A DNA stretch of 63,652 nt, filler included, from Octopus bimaculoides (lineage: Eukaryota): the NCBI RefSeq assembly GCF_001194135.2. It is 7 parts of 7 records of this genome, joined end to end, with 100 filler letters (N's around TTAATTAATTAA, not from the genome) between each part and the next. Parts side by side here need not be neighbours in the genome. Positions count along the whole stretch, not along the records: positions 50,482 to 58,780 come from NC_069010.1; positions 58,881 to 62,385 come from NC_068988.1; 5 more parts are not named here. One strand, given 5' to 3'. A model generated the notes under the pieces. The model was not told where the DNA came from, ran no database searches, and saw only the letters and a program-made list of their open reading frames with translations. Position 1 is the stretch's first letter, and the number at the start of each line of letters is the position of its first letter. This document shows positions 50,578 through 61,997 of the stretch, in pieces. Made by a program: the position numbers and the translations under genes.

Positions 50578-50755
50578 TCAATATCACATAAAAAGCACCC
50601 AGTACATTTTGTAAAGTGGTTAGAATTAGAAAGGGCATCCATGTGTTGAAATCATGCCAAAACAGACACTGGAGCCTGGTACAGTCTTCTGCCTTGCCAG
50701 CCCCTGTCAAACAGTCCAACCCATGCCAGCATGGAAGGCAGACGTTAAATGATAC
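50578..50755 (+). mobile_element. Old RTE-type 3' UTR fragment
   Basis: cacataaaaagcacc..aaagggcatcc..tccaacccatgccagcatggaaggcagacgttaaatgat, homologous to 53690-53900. Confidence 0.75.
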
Positions 50756-51041
50756 TGCGTGGCTGGCTGGCTGCCACCTTGATGGGGTATGATTGTCATG
50801 GGATCCAGTGGAGGGAGACCCTGGGTGGGCCTGAAATATCAGATGCAGTAAATATTGATACAGCCACACAGCTTGAACCCTGGAATGGTGCAGTTGTGTA
50901 ATAGTTGCTTGTGAGTGTGTGTGTGTGTGAGTGTGTGTGTGNNNNNNNNNNNNNNNNNNNNNNNNNNNNNNNNNNNNNNNNNNNNNNNNNNNNNNNNNNN
51001 NNNNNNNNNNNNNNNNNNNNNNNNNNNNNNNNNNNNNNNNN

Positions 51042-51080
<39 letters not shown>

Positions 51081-51226
51081 TACATACACACGCACGCGTC
51101 CATGTATATATATATATATATATGTACGTACGTACGTATGTATGTATGTAAGTATGTATGAATGTATGTCAGAATGAGTGAGATGATAAGATGGAACTAG
51201 AATAATCTTTCTCTTACTCTGGGCTG

Positions 51227-51543
51227 TCAGCGATGTTGTGGTGTCTTGATCAGAGTAATGGTTTTGGCCTTGACGTCCAGTGTAGTTTTAAACCAAGAGC
51301 AACATTCCTCGATGTCGAGGTGGGCCTTGCTCACCCAGGTTGCCGGTTCGTGTTGCTCTTCCGCCATTGCGGGACCCACGTTGTTCCTAACAGCGACGAC
51401 GACACGTTCCGTGTAACTGACCGCGGTAATCCTTGGTCTGAGATTCACCAGATTCGAGTACTGCCTCCGACTGCTGTCTGCCTGACACACCACCGTTTCT
51501 CGATAAGTGATCGGCGATCGAACCCAGCTGAGGTCGATCTTTT
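51227..51543 (-). CDS. Unidentified probable coding exon
   Basis: GC-rich unique island. The 105-codon frame is open on both strands in the same register. Minus-strand acceptor ttatttag| at 51544; candidate donors at 51334 (TGG|GTGAGC) and 51217 (AGA|GTAAGA). The product is not recognised and the strand is not certain. Confidence 0.5.
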
Positions 51544-52739
51544 CTAAATAACGTTTCATTACATTGTCTGCCTGTTTGTCTACCCGTCTGTCTGTCTCCT
51601 CCCCCCTCTCTCTTTCTGCTTGTATGTACGTGCGTGTGTGCGTACAAGTACTTGGGAGGGTATATAATTGTGCTTATATACGTGTGTATATATATATGTA
51701 TGCATGCATGTATGTTTAGCGAATTAAAGGAGCACTTCCTCCACTCTGTTTCATACGCTTAATTTATACATACACACGCACACACACACACACACGCACA
51801 CACACACATGTATGTGTGTGTGTCCTATATATATATGAATATCTGTGTATGTGTGTTACTTGTGTGCTTATGCATTTATTTATATATACCTGTACTATAT
51901 ATGTGATATATATATATATATTATATATATANNNNNNNNNNNNNNNNNNNNNNNNNNNNNNNNNNNNNNNNNNNNNNNNNNNNNNNNNNNNNNNNNNNNN
52001 NNNNNNNNNNNNNNNNNNNNNNNNNNNNNNNNNNNNNNNNNNNNNNNNNNNNNNNNNNNNNNNNNNNNNNNNNNNNNNNNNNNNNNNNNNNNNNNNNNNN
52101 NNNNNNNNNNNNNNNNNNNNNNNNNNNNNNNNNNNNNNNNNNNNNNNNNNNNNNNNNNNNNNNNNNNNNNNNNNNNNNNNNNNNNNNNNNNNNNNNNNNN
52201 NNNNNNNNNNNNNNNNNNNNNNNNNNNNNNNNNNNNNNNNNNNNNNNNNNNNNNNNNNNNNNNNNNNNNNNNNNNNNNNNNNNNNNNNNNNNNNNNNNNN
52301 NNNNNNNNNNNNNNNNNNNNNNNNNNNNNNNNNNNNNNNNNNNNNNNNNNNNNNNNNNNNNNNNNNNNNNNNNNNNNNNNNNNNNNNNNNNNNNNNNNNN
52401 NNNNNNNNNNNNNNNNNNNNNNNNNNNNNNNNNNNNNNNNNNNNNNNNNNNNNNNNNNNNNNNNNNNNNNNNNNNNNNNNNNNNNNNNNNNNNNNNNNNN
52501 NNNNNNNNNNNNNNNNNNNNNNNNNNNNNNNNNNNNNNNNNNNNNNNNNNNNNNNNNNNNNNNNNNNNNNNNNNNNNNNNNNNNNNNNNNNNNNNNNNNN
52601 NNNNNNNNNNNNNNNNNNNNNNNNNNNNNNNNNNNNNNNNNNNNNNNNNNNNNNNNNNNNNNNNNNNNNNNNNNNNNNNNNNNNNNNNNNNNNNNNNNNN
52701 NNNNNNNNNNNNNNNNNNNNNNNNNNNNNNNNNNNNNNN

Positions 52740-52789
<50 letters not shown>

Positions 52790-53194
52790 TTACATACACA
52801 CATATATACGTATATGTATGTATGTATGTATTTATGTGTGCATGTGTAAGCATTGGTAGTCACAGAGAAAAGTATGTGTACATAAACACACACACACACA
52901 CACACACACACAACCATTCATGCCGCTTGTGTGCATATAGTTTAAACTAGAAATTCAAGTTTTAGCAAAAGAATGAAAAGAGGAGAAAAGAAAGAGTTAC
53001 TAAGAACGTGTTGTATATGTATTCTTTTGCATAAAAACAATCACCATATGTGTGTCTGTGGGCGTGTGTGTGTGTGTGTGTGTGTGTGGCACGCGCGTGT
53101 GTGTGCTTGTTTGTGTGTGCGAGTGTATGTGCTCGTACACATATATATGTATATACATACACACATATATATATACACATATATTTTCTTCTAT

Positions 53195-53430
53195 CATTTA
53201 CTTGTTTCATTCATTTGATTAAGGCCATGCTGGGGTACCACCTAAAACAGCTTTTAGTTGTCAGTTGAACAAATCGACCCCAAGTCTTATCTTTTAAAAG
53301 CTTGGTAGTCATTGTATGTATTGGACACTCTTGCCGAACTGCTAAGTTTTTGAGACGTAAACACACTAGCGCCAGTTGTCAAGTTGTGGGAGGGGGGGTA
53401 CAAAGACAGACGCAAGGACACACACACACA
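53195..53430 (-). mobile_element. SINE family A, 3' half
   Basis: ggccatgctggggtaccacc tail (reverse complement) and gccgaactgctaagtt body. Confidence 0.75.
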
Positions 53431-53464
53431 GCTATATATATATACATAAATTTATATATATATA

Positions 53465-53497
<33 letters not shown>

Positions 53498-53920
53498 GTG
53501 CGTGAGAAGACCCGGCAAGCCAAGTAAGATCGTTGCCAGGGCCCCTGGACTGGCTCTTGTGCGGGTGGCACATGAGATGCACCATTTTGAGCGTGGCCGT
53601 TGCCAGTACCGCCTGACTGGCTCCCGTAAGATTTTCGACCGAGATCGTTGCCAGTGCCCCTGGACTGGCTTGTGCGGGTGGCACATAAAAGACACCATTA
53701 CGAGCGTGGCCGTTTTCGTGCGGGTGACACGTAAAAGCACCCACTACACTCTCGGAGTGGTTGGCGTTAGGAAGGGCATCCAGCTGTAGAAACTCTGCCA
53801 AATTAGACTGGAGCCTAGTGTTACCATCCGGTTTCACCAGTCCTCAGTCAAATCGTCCAACGCATGCTAGCATGGAAAGCGGACGTTAAACGACGATGAT
53901 GATGATGATGATGATGATAT
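53498..53920 (+). mobile_element. 5'-truncated RTE LINE: last codons (VREKTRQAK*), repetitive 3' UTR and (GAT)n tail
   Basis: Same 3' UTR as 22853-23083. Inserted after (TA)n. Confidence 0.9.
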
Positions 53921-53924
53921 GAAG

Positions 53925-54195
53925 GTCTTCTATCAGTTTCTGACCAACAAATCCACTCATAAAGCTTTGGTCAGCCTTTGTCAGCCCAAGGCTATATCAG
54001 AAGCCACTTGCCAAAGTGCCATGCAGTGGGACTGAACCCAAAGCCATTGTGGTTGGGAAGCAAGCTTCTTACAGCAAAAGCGACCGAGAGAATAAGTACT
54101 AGGCTTACAAAGAATAAGTCCTGGGGTCGATTTCTTTTACTAAAGGCGGTGCTCCAGCATGGCCACAGTCAAATGACTGAAACAAGTAAAAAAGA
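53925..54195. mobile_element. SINE family A: 5' half on the minus strand joined to 3' half on the plus strand
   Basis: Junction at about 54075 (cttacagc|aaaagcgaccg). Confidence 0.8.
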
Positions 54196-54305
54196 TATAT
54201 ATCTATATATATATACGTAGTAATTATCGTATATATATATACATATGCATTATCATATATATAGGTAGTAACATTATTAATAAAATAAATGGAATGAATA
54301 AAATA

Positions 54306-54366
54306 TTTTATTGGGTACAACACATGTTTCGGCCCCTTCTGGGTCTCTTCGGGTACATCAATAAAA
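54306..54366 (-). ncRNA. Type I hammerhead ribozyme motif (PLE-type, U4C and one helix II mismatch)
   Basis: Minus strand: TTTTATTG-AT-GTAC-CCGAAGA-GACCC AGAAG GGGCC-GAAA-CATGTG-TT-GTAC-C-CAATAAAA. Helix I is 4+8 bp, helix III contains the palindrome ACATGT, and the cleavage triplet would be GUU. Confidence 0.7.
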
Positions 54367-54669
54367 AAAGTCTTACTAGAGATTTTCTGATTCGGTTTTA
54401 CATACATACCACTCTATGTCCATCAACTTTGAGAATGAGTGAAAAAAAACGGAGAAAAATCGAAATGCAAAAAAATTCAAATATGAAAGTGAAAATTATA
54501 CATTCCCGTTCGGATAAAAATGACGTAATGAACCGTCGCTGTTAAGAGAAAGAAAAGGATGTAGAAGTTGAATGGAGGATAATACTTTTGTGTTCGTGCT
54601 TAGACGCACATATACATACACAGATACTTATATATATATATATATGCATATATATAGATATATATATAT

Positions 54670-55000
54670 GCGCAGGAGTGGCTGTGTGGTAAGTAGCTTG
54701 CTTACTAACCACATGGTTCCGGGCAAGTGTCTTCTACTAAAGCCTTGTGAGTGGATTTGGTAGACGGAAACTGGAAGAAGCCTGTCATATATATATGTAT
54801 ATATGTATATATATATGTTTGTGTGCCTGTNNNNNNNNNNGTGTGTTTACGTCCCCGTAACTTAGCGGTTTGGCAAAAAGACACCGATAGAATAAGTACT
54901 AGGCTTACAAAGAATAAGTCCTGGGGTTGATTTGATTCGAATAAAGGCAGTGCTCCAGCATGGCCGCAGTCAAATGACTGAAACAAGTGAAAGAGTAAAA
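54670..55000 (+). mobile_element. SINE family A
   Basis: gcgcaggagtggctgtgtggtaag head through the ggcagtgctccagcatggccgcagtcaaatgactgaaacaag tail. Confidence 0.9.
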
Positions 55001-55273
55001 GAGTATATGTACACCACACACATCCAAGTATATGGGTATATATATACACATGAATATATACATATTTATGTATATACACCGATTGACATTCATGTATATA
55101 ATGACCATATAAATAGCCTTTCACAGATTTTAGGCGAGACTGTTCCCAGTGATGTGTATGTGTATGTGTGTGTCTGTATGTGTGTATGTGTGTCTGTATG
55201 TGTGTCTGTGAGTTGAGAAACTAGGACAGGTTCAGGACCTGCTAGCTCTGACATTTAGAATCTCTGTCATTAT

Positions 55274-55316
<43 letters not shown>

Positions 55317-56273
55317 GCACACACACACACACACACACGAGAAAATGAGATATGGAGTGAGGTTAGACAGATAGAGAAAATATGTATAGATAGATGAGTG
55401 GATAGATAGATAGATAGCTAACAAGATAGATTGACTGAAAGAATAATGGATAGATCAATAGAGAGGCAAACATTTAGATAGAAGATAGAGGGCGATAAAA
55501 AGATTGATATATATATATATANNNNNNNNNNNNNNNNNNNNNNNNNNNNNNNNNNNNNNNNNNNNNNNNNNNNNNNNNNNNNNNNNNNNNNNNNNNNNNN
55601 NNNNNNNNNNNNNNNNNNNNNNNNNNNNNNNNNNNNNNNNNNNNNNNNNNNNNNNNNNNNNNNNNNNNNNNNNNNNNNNNNNNNNNNNNNNNNNNNNNNN
55701 NNNNNNNNNNNNNNNNNNNNNNNNNNNNNNNNNNNNNNNNNNNNNNNNNNNNNNNNNNNNNNNNNNNNNNNNNNNNNNNNNNNNNNNNNNNNNNNNNNNN
55801 NNNNNNNNNNNNNNNNNNNNNNNNNNNNNNNNNNNNNNNNNNNNNNNNNNNNNNNNNNNNNNNNNNNNNNNNNNNNNNNNNNNNNNNNNNNNNNNNNNNN
55901 NNNNNNNNNNNNNNNNNNNNNNNNNNNNNNNNNNNNNNNNNNNNNNNNNNNNNNNNNNNNNNNNNNNNNNNNNNNNNNNNNNNNNNNNNNNNNNNNNNNN
56001 NNNNNNNNNNNNNNNNNNNNNNNNNNNNNNNNNNNNNNNNNNNNNNNNNNNNNNNNNNNNNNNNNNNNNNNNNNNNNNNNNNNNNNNNNNNNNNNNNNNN
56101 NNNNNNNNNNNNNNNNNNNNNNNNNNNNNNNNNNNNNNNNNNNNNNNNNNNNNNNNNNNNNNNNNNNNNNNNNNNNNNNNNNNNNNNNNNNNNNNNNNNN
56201 NNNNNNNNNNNNNNNNNNNNNNNNNNNNNNNNNNNNNNNNNNNNNNNNNNNNNNNNNNNNNNNNNNNNNNNNN

Positions 56274-56622
56274 CAAACATACACACACACACACATAAAA
56301 TATATATATACGACGGGCTTCTTTCAGTTTCCGTCTACCAAATCCACTCACAAAGCTTTGGTTGGCCTGAGGCTATAGTTGAAGACACTTGCCCAAGGTG
56401 TCATGCAGTGGGACTGAACCCGGAACCATGTAGTTCGTAAGCAAGCTACTTACCACACAGCCACTCCTATGCCTATATATATATATATATATAGGCAGTT
56501 CAGCAAAAGAGACTGGTAGAATAAGTACTAGACTTGCAAAGAATAAGTCCTGGGGTTGATTTGCTTGACTAAAGGCGGTGCTCCAGCATGGCCGCAGTCA
56601 AATGACTGAAACAAATAAAAGG
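56274..56622. mobile_element. SINE family A: inverted 5' half, (TA)n, then forward 3' half
   Basis: Minus-strand head ends at about 56472; the plus-strand 3' part starts at about 56493. Confidence 0.85.
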
Positions 56623-57052
56623 ATATATATACGTATATATATGTGTGTGTGTGTATATATATATCGTCGTCGTTTAATCTCCGCTGAGGACTGGTGAAAC
56701 CAGATGGCTACACCAGGCTCCAACATATATACGTACATACATATATGTACATATATACATAAATATATATACTAGACTTACTACCCAGCATTGCCCGGGA
56801 AATTATTCACGGAATTGTTTGCCAGTTTGTAGAATGGGAATTCTTGGTACTTAAGCATGTATATATATTTAACCTAACTTCTGAACTTATTTAATTGGAA
56901 CTTTCCAAACAATAGCAATCAATTTTAATGAGTAGAAGCTGTTTTTTAATAAGCTTCATCCGGAAAATCATGTTACTTTTGTTTCAAAATGAAAGAGTGA
57001 AATATGTGTGAATGTGTATATGAAATGGACATGCGTGTGTGTGTTTGAGTGA

Positions 57053-57113
<61 letters not shown>

Positions 57114-57744
57114 CCACTTATACATGAGAATTATACTTCTACACACGGTCATTCACCCCCTCTCCCTCTCACACAAACAGATGCACACATANNNNNNNNN
57201 NNNNNNNNNNNNNNNNNNNNNNNNNNNNNNNNNNNNNNNNNNNNNNNNNNNNNNNNNNNNNNNNNNNNNNNNNNNNNNNNNNNNNNNNNNNNNNNNNNNN
57301 NNNNNNNNNNNNNNNNNNNNNNNNNNNNNNNNNNNNNNNNNNNNNNNNNNNNNNNNNNNNNNNNNNNNNNNNNNNNNNNNNNNNNNNNNNNNNNNNNNNN
57401 NNNNNNNNNNNNNNNNNNNNNNNNNNNNNNNNNNNNNNNNNNNNNNNNNNNNNNNNNNNNNNNNNNNNNNNNNNNNNNNNNNNNNNNNNNNNNNNNNNNN
57501 NNNNNNNNNNNNNNNNNNNNNNNNNNNNNNNNNNNNNNNNNNNNNNNNNNNNNNNNNNNNNNNNNNNNNNNNNNNNNNNNNNNNNNNNNNNNNNNNNNNN
57601 NNNNNNNNNNNNNNNNNNNNNNNNNNNNNNNNNNNNNNNNNNNNNNNNNNNNNNNNNNNNNNNNNNNNNNNNNNNNNNNNNNNNNNNNNNNNNNNNNNNN
57701 NNNNNNNNNNNNNNNNNNNNNNNNNNNNNNNNNNNATATAAACA

Positions 57745-57964
57745 AATAGTAAATGAGTATATGCATATATACGTACAGGTATGTGCATACCGACATCCAC
57801 CTGTATGTATAGGTGCACATCTGGGTACAGGACATTGCAAACAAAACGTAGACGAGAAAACACACAAGCCACATAGAGAACATTCTTCTTCATCAGCTAC
57901 CCCCGTTTCAACACCGGCGTTTCGAAGAGGTGGGCAGGGTTAGGGTTGGGGTTAGGGTTAGGGT
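57745..57964 (-). mobile_element. PLE-type repeat fragment abutting a short (TTAGGG)n tract
   Basis: Homologous to 26560-26742. AGGG-TTAGGG-TTGGGG-TTAGGG-TTAGGG at 57936-57963. Confidence 0.55.
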
Positions 57965-58611
57965 GATGTGTGTGTGTGTGTGTATGTGTATATGGTTGTG
58001 TGTCCGTGTTTGTCCCCCCCCAACATCGCTTGACAACCGATGCTGGTCATTCGTGGCCTTTTTTTTTGTCTGTCAAGTTACCAGATGTCCTTACAGTTTT
58101 GGGAAGTTACACTTGAGACTGTTTGATCTGGTTACACCCTAAAATGTCTAGGCTAAGTGATTTTTGTAAGAAAGTTAGCGAATCTATATGACAGCAAAGG
58201 CAAAAACTGGAATACATGGTACACAGTTACAAATACAAGCAACAATAATATAACAACAGGTGTCTTTCAACTGACAACGAATTAAATTGAGCTGGCATGT
58301 TGTGCTTCTATTCCGTTTTTCTGTTTTCAAAGTGACACACACAACCACTGATTTTTTGACTGGCCATACTTCAAATTATTCTTTAGCACGAGAGTTATTT
58401 CCCTTCAAAAATCCATACGAGTTATATCCCTGATTCCGCAAGTTTTGTCAATGATCAGGTCGCAGCCCCAAAGCAACGAAAACATTTTGGCAAATTAAAT
58501 TTGGCACTGTCAGAAGTGAAAGTAGAAAAATCTGACAAGGAACGTTACTGCTGGTTTGAGTTGATTCTTTGGCTACTGACAGCTAATACCATGACTGGCC
58601 GGAGCGAGCTA

Positions 58612-58666
<55 letters not shown>

Positions 58667-58911
58667 GTCACTCGAAAGTTATTGGAACAAATTTGACGGC
58701 ACTGTCATGGTATTAGCTGTCAGAATTGAAAGTAGAACTGACAAGGAACGTTACTGCTGGTTTGAGTTGATTCTTTGGCTNNNNNNNNNNNNNNNNNNNN
58801 NNNNNNNNNNNNNNNNNNNNNNNNTTAATTAATTAANNNNNNNNNNNNNNNNNNNNNNNNNNNNNNNNNNNNNNNNNNNNTATATATATATATATATATG
58901 CATATTTTATT

Positions 58912-59125
58912 CAATTCAAATTTTGGCACAAGGCCAGCAATTTCAGTGGTGTGAGTCAGTTGATTATACTCACCCCAGAGATCAACTGGTTCTTACTTTA
59001 TTAATCCTGAAAGAATGAAAGGCAAAGTCAACCCTGACAGTATTTGAACTCAGAATATAAAGACAAAAAAAAAATACCACTAAGCATTTTGCCTAGCTTG
59101 CTTATGATTCTGCCAGCTCACAACC
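58912..59125 (-). mobile_element. SINE family B
   Basis: ttcaaattttggcacaaggccagc tail and atttgaactcagaa B box. Confidence 0.8.
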
Positions 59126-59180
59126 TTTTTATACATATATTATTGATGTCATAGAAATTTAGAAACTTTTGAAAGGACAT

Positions 59181-59372
59181 AATTTTTTTCTGGAATGGGG
59201 AATCTTGAAGCAAATAAAGCTATGAATAGTAGCATGCAAATATTGGGTTAAAAACAATCCATGGATAAAGCCTTCAACTTTTTCTATACAAGGCTTATTA
59301 TTCAATCCAATATTTACATGCTACTATTCATAGCTTCATTTTCTTTGAGATTCACCATTCCAAACAAGAATT
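59181..59372. repeat. Foldback element with ~66-bp imperfect arms
   Basis: ggaatggggaatcttgaagcaaataaagctatgaatagtagcatgcaaatattgg versus the reverse complement of 59307-59361. Inner AAGCCTT/AAGGCTT pair. Confidence 0.85.
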
Positions 59373-59462
59373 TCCCACCGTGCATCACCTTGAATATGTG
59401 TCTTCTACAATAGCTTGAGCTGATCAAAGTATTATCAATAGATTTGATAGGTAGAAATTGAA

Positions 59463-59700
59463 AGACGGTGAGCTGGCAGAAACGTTAGCACACAGGGCGA
59501 AATGCATAACGGTATTTCGTCTGCCGTTACGTTCTGAGTTCAAATTCCGCCAAGGTCGACTTTGCCTTTCATCCTTTCGGGGTTGATAAATTAAGTACTA
59601 GTTACACACTGGGGTCGATGTAATCGACTTAACCCTTTTGTCTGTCTTTGTTTGTCCCCTCTATGTTTAGCCCCTGGTGGCCAATAAAGAAATAAGAAAC
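59463..59700 (+). mobile_element. SINE family B, full length
   Basis: ggtgagctggcagaaacgttagc head, GAGTTCAAATTCC B box (59536-59548), gcctttcatcctttcggggttgataaattaagtac central domain, and gccaataaagaaataag end. Confidence 0.9.
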
Positions 59701-60039
59701 TGAAAGAATCATATAGTATATGTATATGTATGTGTATATTCATGTGTTCACCTGTACATATGCATGCGTGTGTTTGCATGTATGCATGTGTGTGCCAGTG
59801 TGTTTGTTTACATTTGCCCTTCTTTGAAAATCATGAGCTACAAACAGTGATGTCATTTTTCCTGTCAACAAATCCTCTGTTTGCTTTGTATCTTGAAAGA
59901 TGTGTTAAATAAGAGTTCCCTTATGTGAAAAGCAAGTCTGGGCTAGCAGCAGGAGCGTCTGACAATGCCTAAATAACATACATGTCTAATCCTTGCTGGC
60001 ATTAAAAATTGACATTAAAATCAAATGAACACATATTTC

Positions 60040-60330
60040 TTTCAATCTTAAACCTCAGACGGAAGAATACATAATCAGCAATGCTGTTCTAGAAGAAGCC
60101 AACAGTTGAAACATAGAATACTTTATCACAAAACACTGACTACATTGGTTCTGAACAAATGGTTAGAATGAAGGAAGAGAGCTTTCCTCATCAAATCCTC
60201 TTTATGAATTAGCAACTGGGAAAAAAAATCACCAGAATATCCTCTCTCCTGTTACAATGACCAACTAAAGTTAACTCTTAGACTCTTGAAACTGAGATAA
60301 AATGCTGGAAACTGAGTTACTACCACCACC
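60040..60330 (+). mobile_element. Old RTE (BovB-like) C-terminal relic
   Basis: ..NAVLEEA..P.QIL..YELATGK..P...Y.DQLK pattern with stops and frameshifts. Confidence 0.5.
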
Positions 60331-60692
60331 AAAACTAACCTTTTTGAAGATATCCACTGCTCACGGAATATATTATTGACATCATAAGAATTTATAAACT
60401 TTGAGAGAGTGTGAAATAATTCTTTTTTGGAATGGTAGGTCTTAAAACAGATAAAGCCAAAAAATAATTTAGGGTTAAAAAACCTTTTTGGACAGAAAAT
60501 GTTGAAGTCTGCCTATGGATAATGGTAAAATGCCTCTCATATTTACAGGAGATATGGGTTTGTGCCCCATGAGCAGCCTTTGACTTTCTATCCAAAGGGG
60601 GTTTTTTAAACTCGATATTTACACATTATTACTTATAGCCTTATTTGTTTTGAGATCCTCAATTCAAAAAAAATAATTTTTTATAATATATA

Positions 60693-61674
60693 TACGAGGG
60701 GGTATCCAAAAGCAACTGGAATTTTGCACTATTATTTTTATTCACTTAGTTTTACATATTTACACTTTTATTGCCTTCAAAGTATTCTCTATTTGAAGCA
60801 ATGCATCAGTCCAGGCGTGTTTTCCACTGTTTGAAGCAATGCTGGAACTCTTGTGAAGTGATGCCTTTTAATGCCTTCATCATTTTTTTCTTCACATCTT
60901 CCACATCTGCAAATTCCATAGAACCAGCTTTCATCACCAGTGATGACTTTTGAAAAAAGGTTGGGATTAAATTCCAACTGTTCTTTCAGTTCACAACATA
61001 CATTTAGTCCATTACTGCTTTTGATCTTTCATGACCAAGCAAGGTACAAATTTTGCTGCAACTCTTTTCATTCATAAGTCCTCGCTCAAAATTCGTTGGC
61101 AGGAGCTCTAGGACACACCAGTCATATCAACATCTTCGTCAATTGTTCGGTGATGGTCCCTCAAGATCAATTCATGAATTTTCATGATGTTTTCATTCAT
61201 TTGGGAGGTCAACGGTCATCCTGAATGGGGTTTGTCTTCAAGCAACAAGTGACCATTCCGAAAGCAACGAAATTCATCAGAGACTTTTAGCACAATACAG
61301 GTCAGTGCATTATCATGTAGAAGTGTGTATGAGTGGATTGAGAAGTTTAAAAGTGGTTGGACAAGTGTATGCATGAAGAGGGAGCAGGATGCCTGACATG
61401 AAGATTCAGCAAGCTTGAGAGATGGTAATGGTGAACTGGTTCATCACTACCATCTCTTGTATCACTGTTCTTTGTTCTTCTTTGGTGCACATTGCTAGTG
61501 GAGTGACCATGCTTACACTGTAAAGCCAGAAAGAAAAATGGTGCGATCAGGCTCAAACTTCGATCATGCGACCACAATAGTACCAACTATAAGCATGCAT
61601 GAGCAGAAGGCAGTGTGACAATAATAAAGATATATTATGGCAAAACTGTAAATAAATTTTTACCTCCACTTGTA
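60693..61674. mobile_element. Mosaic of mariner relics
   Basis: TA|CGAGGGGGTATCCAAAAG end. Minus strand has RTIDE..ILSEDL..KRVAAKFVP..NPNLFSKVITGDESWFYG (60915-61270). Plus strand has SVYEWIEKFKSG (about 61320-61360). The right end is ctccacttg|TA. Confidence 0.8.
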
Positions 61675-61870
61675 TACAAAATTTTCTCTCTCACTCTCTC
61701 TTTCTATACATACATATATATANNNNNNNNNNNNNNNNNNNNNNNNNNNNNNNNNNNNNNNNNNNNNNNNNNNNNNNNNNNNNNNNNNNNNNNNNNNNNN
61801 NNNNNNNNNNNNTATAATATACTCATGTGCTGTTAGTGACTTTTTTCTTCTTTGGACTTTTCCCTTTTCC

Positions 61871-61905
61871 CTTTCTGATGAAGAGCTATGTGCAAAATAT
61901 CAAAA
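61871..61905 (+). ncRNA. Highly degenerate relative of the 26418 hammerhead
   Basis: CTTT-CTGATGA-A-GAGC.. followed by a decayed 3' half. The downstream tgagcatcaaactagtacatt resembles ctgagcgttaaactaatacatt at 26463. Confidence 0.35.
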
Positions 61906-61997
61906 ACTCTTTCTTTTTACTGAGCATCAAACTAGTACATTCCATGTGCACTCCTCTTGCTGTTTGTTATTGCTATTTTCAATGTTGTGTATTTGAT

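Noticed and set aside
56770-56812. TACTAG..CCCAGCATTGCCCGGG, resembling a Helentron/DINE-type 5' end
   Set aside because: The other end and the 3' hairpin were not found, so it is too short to call.
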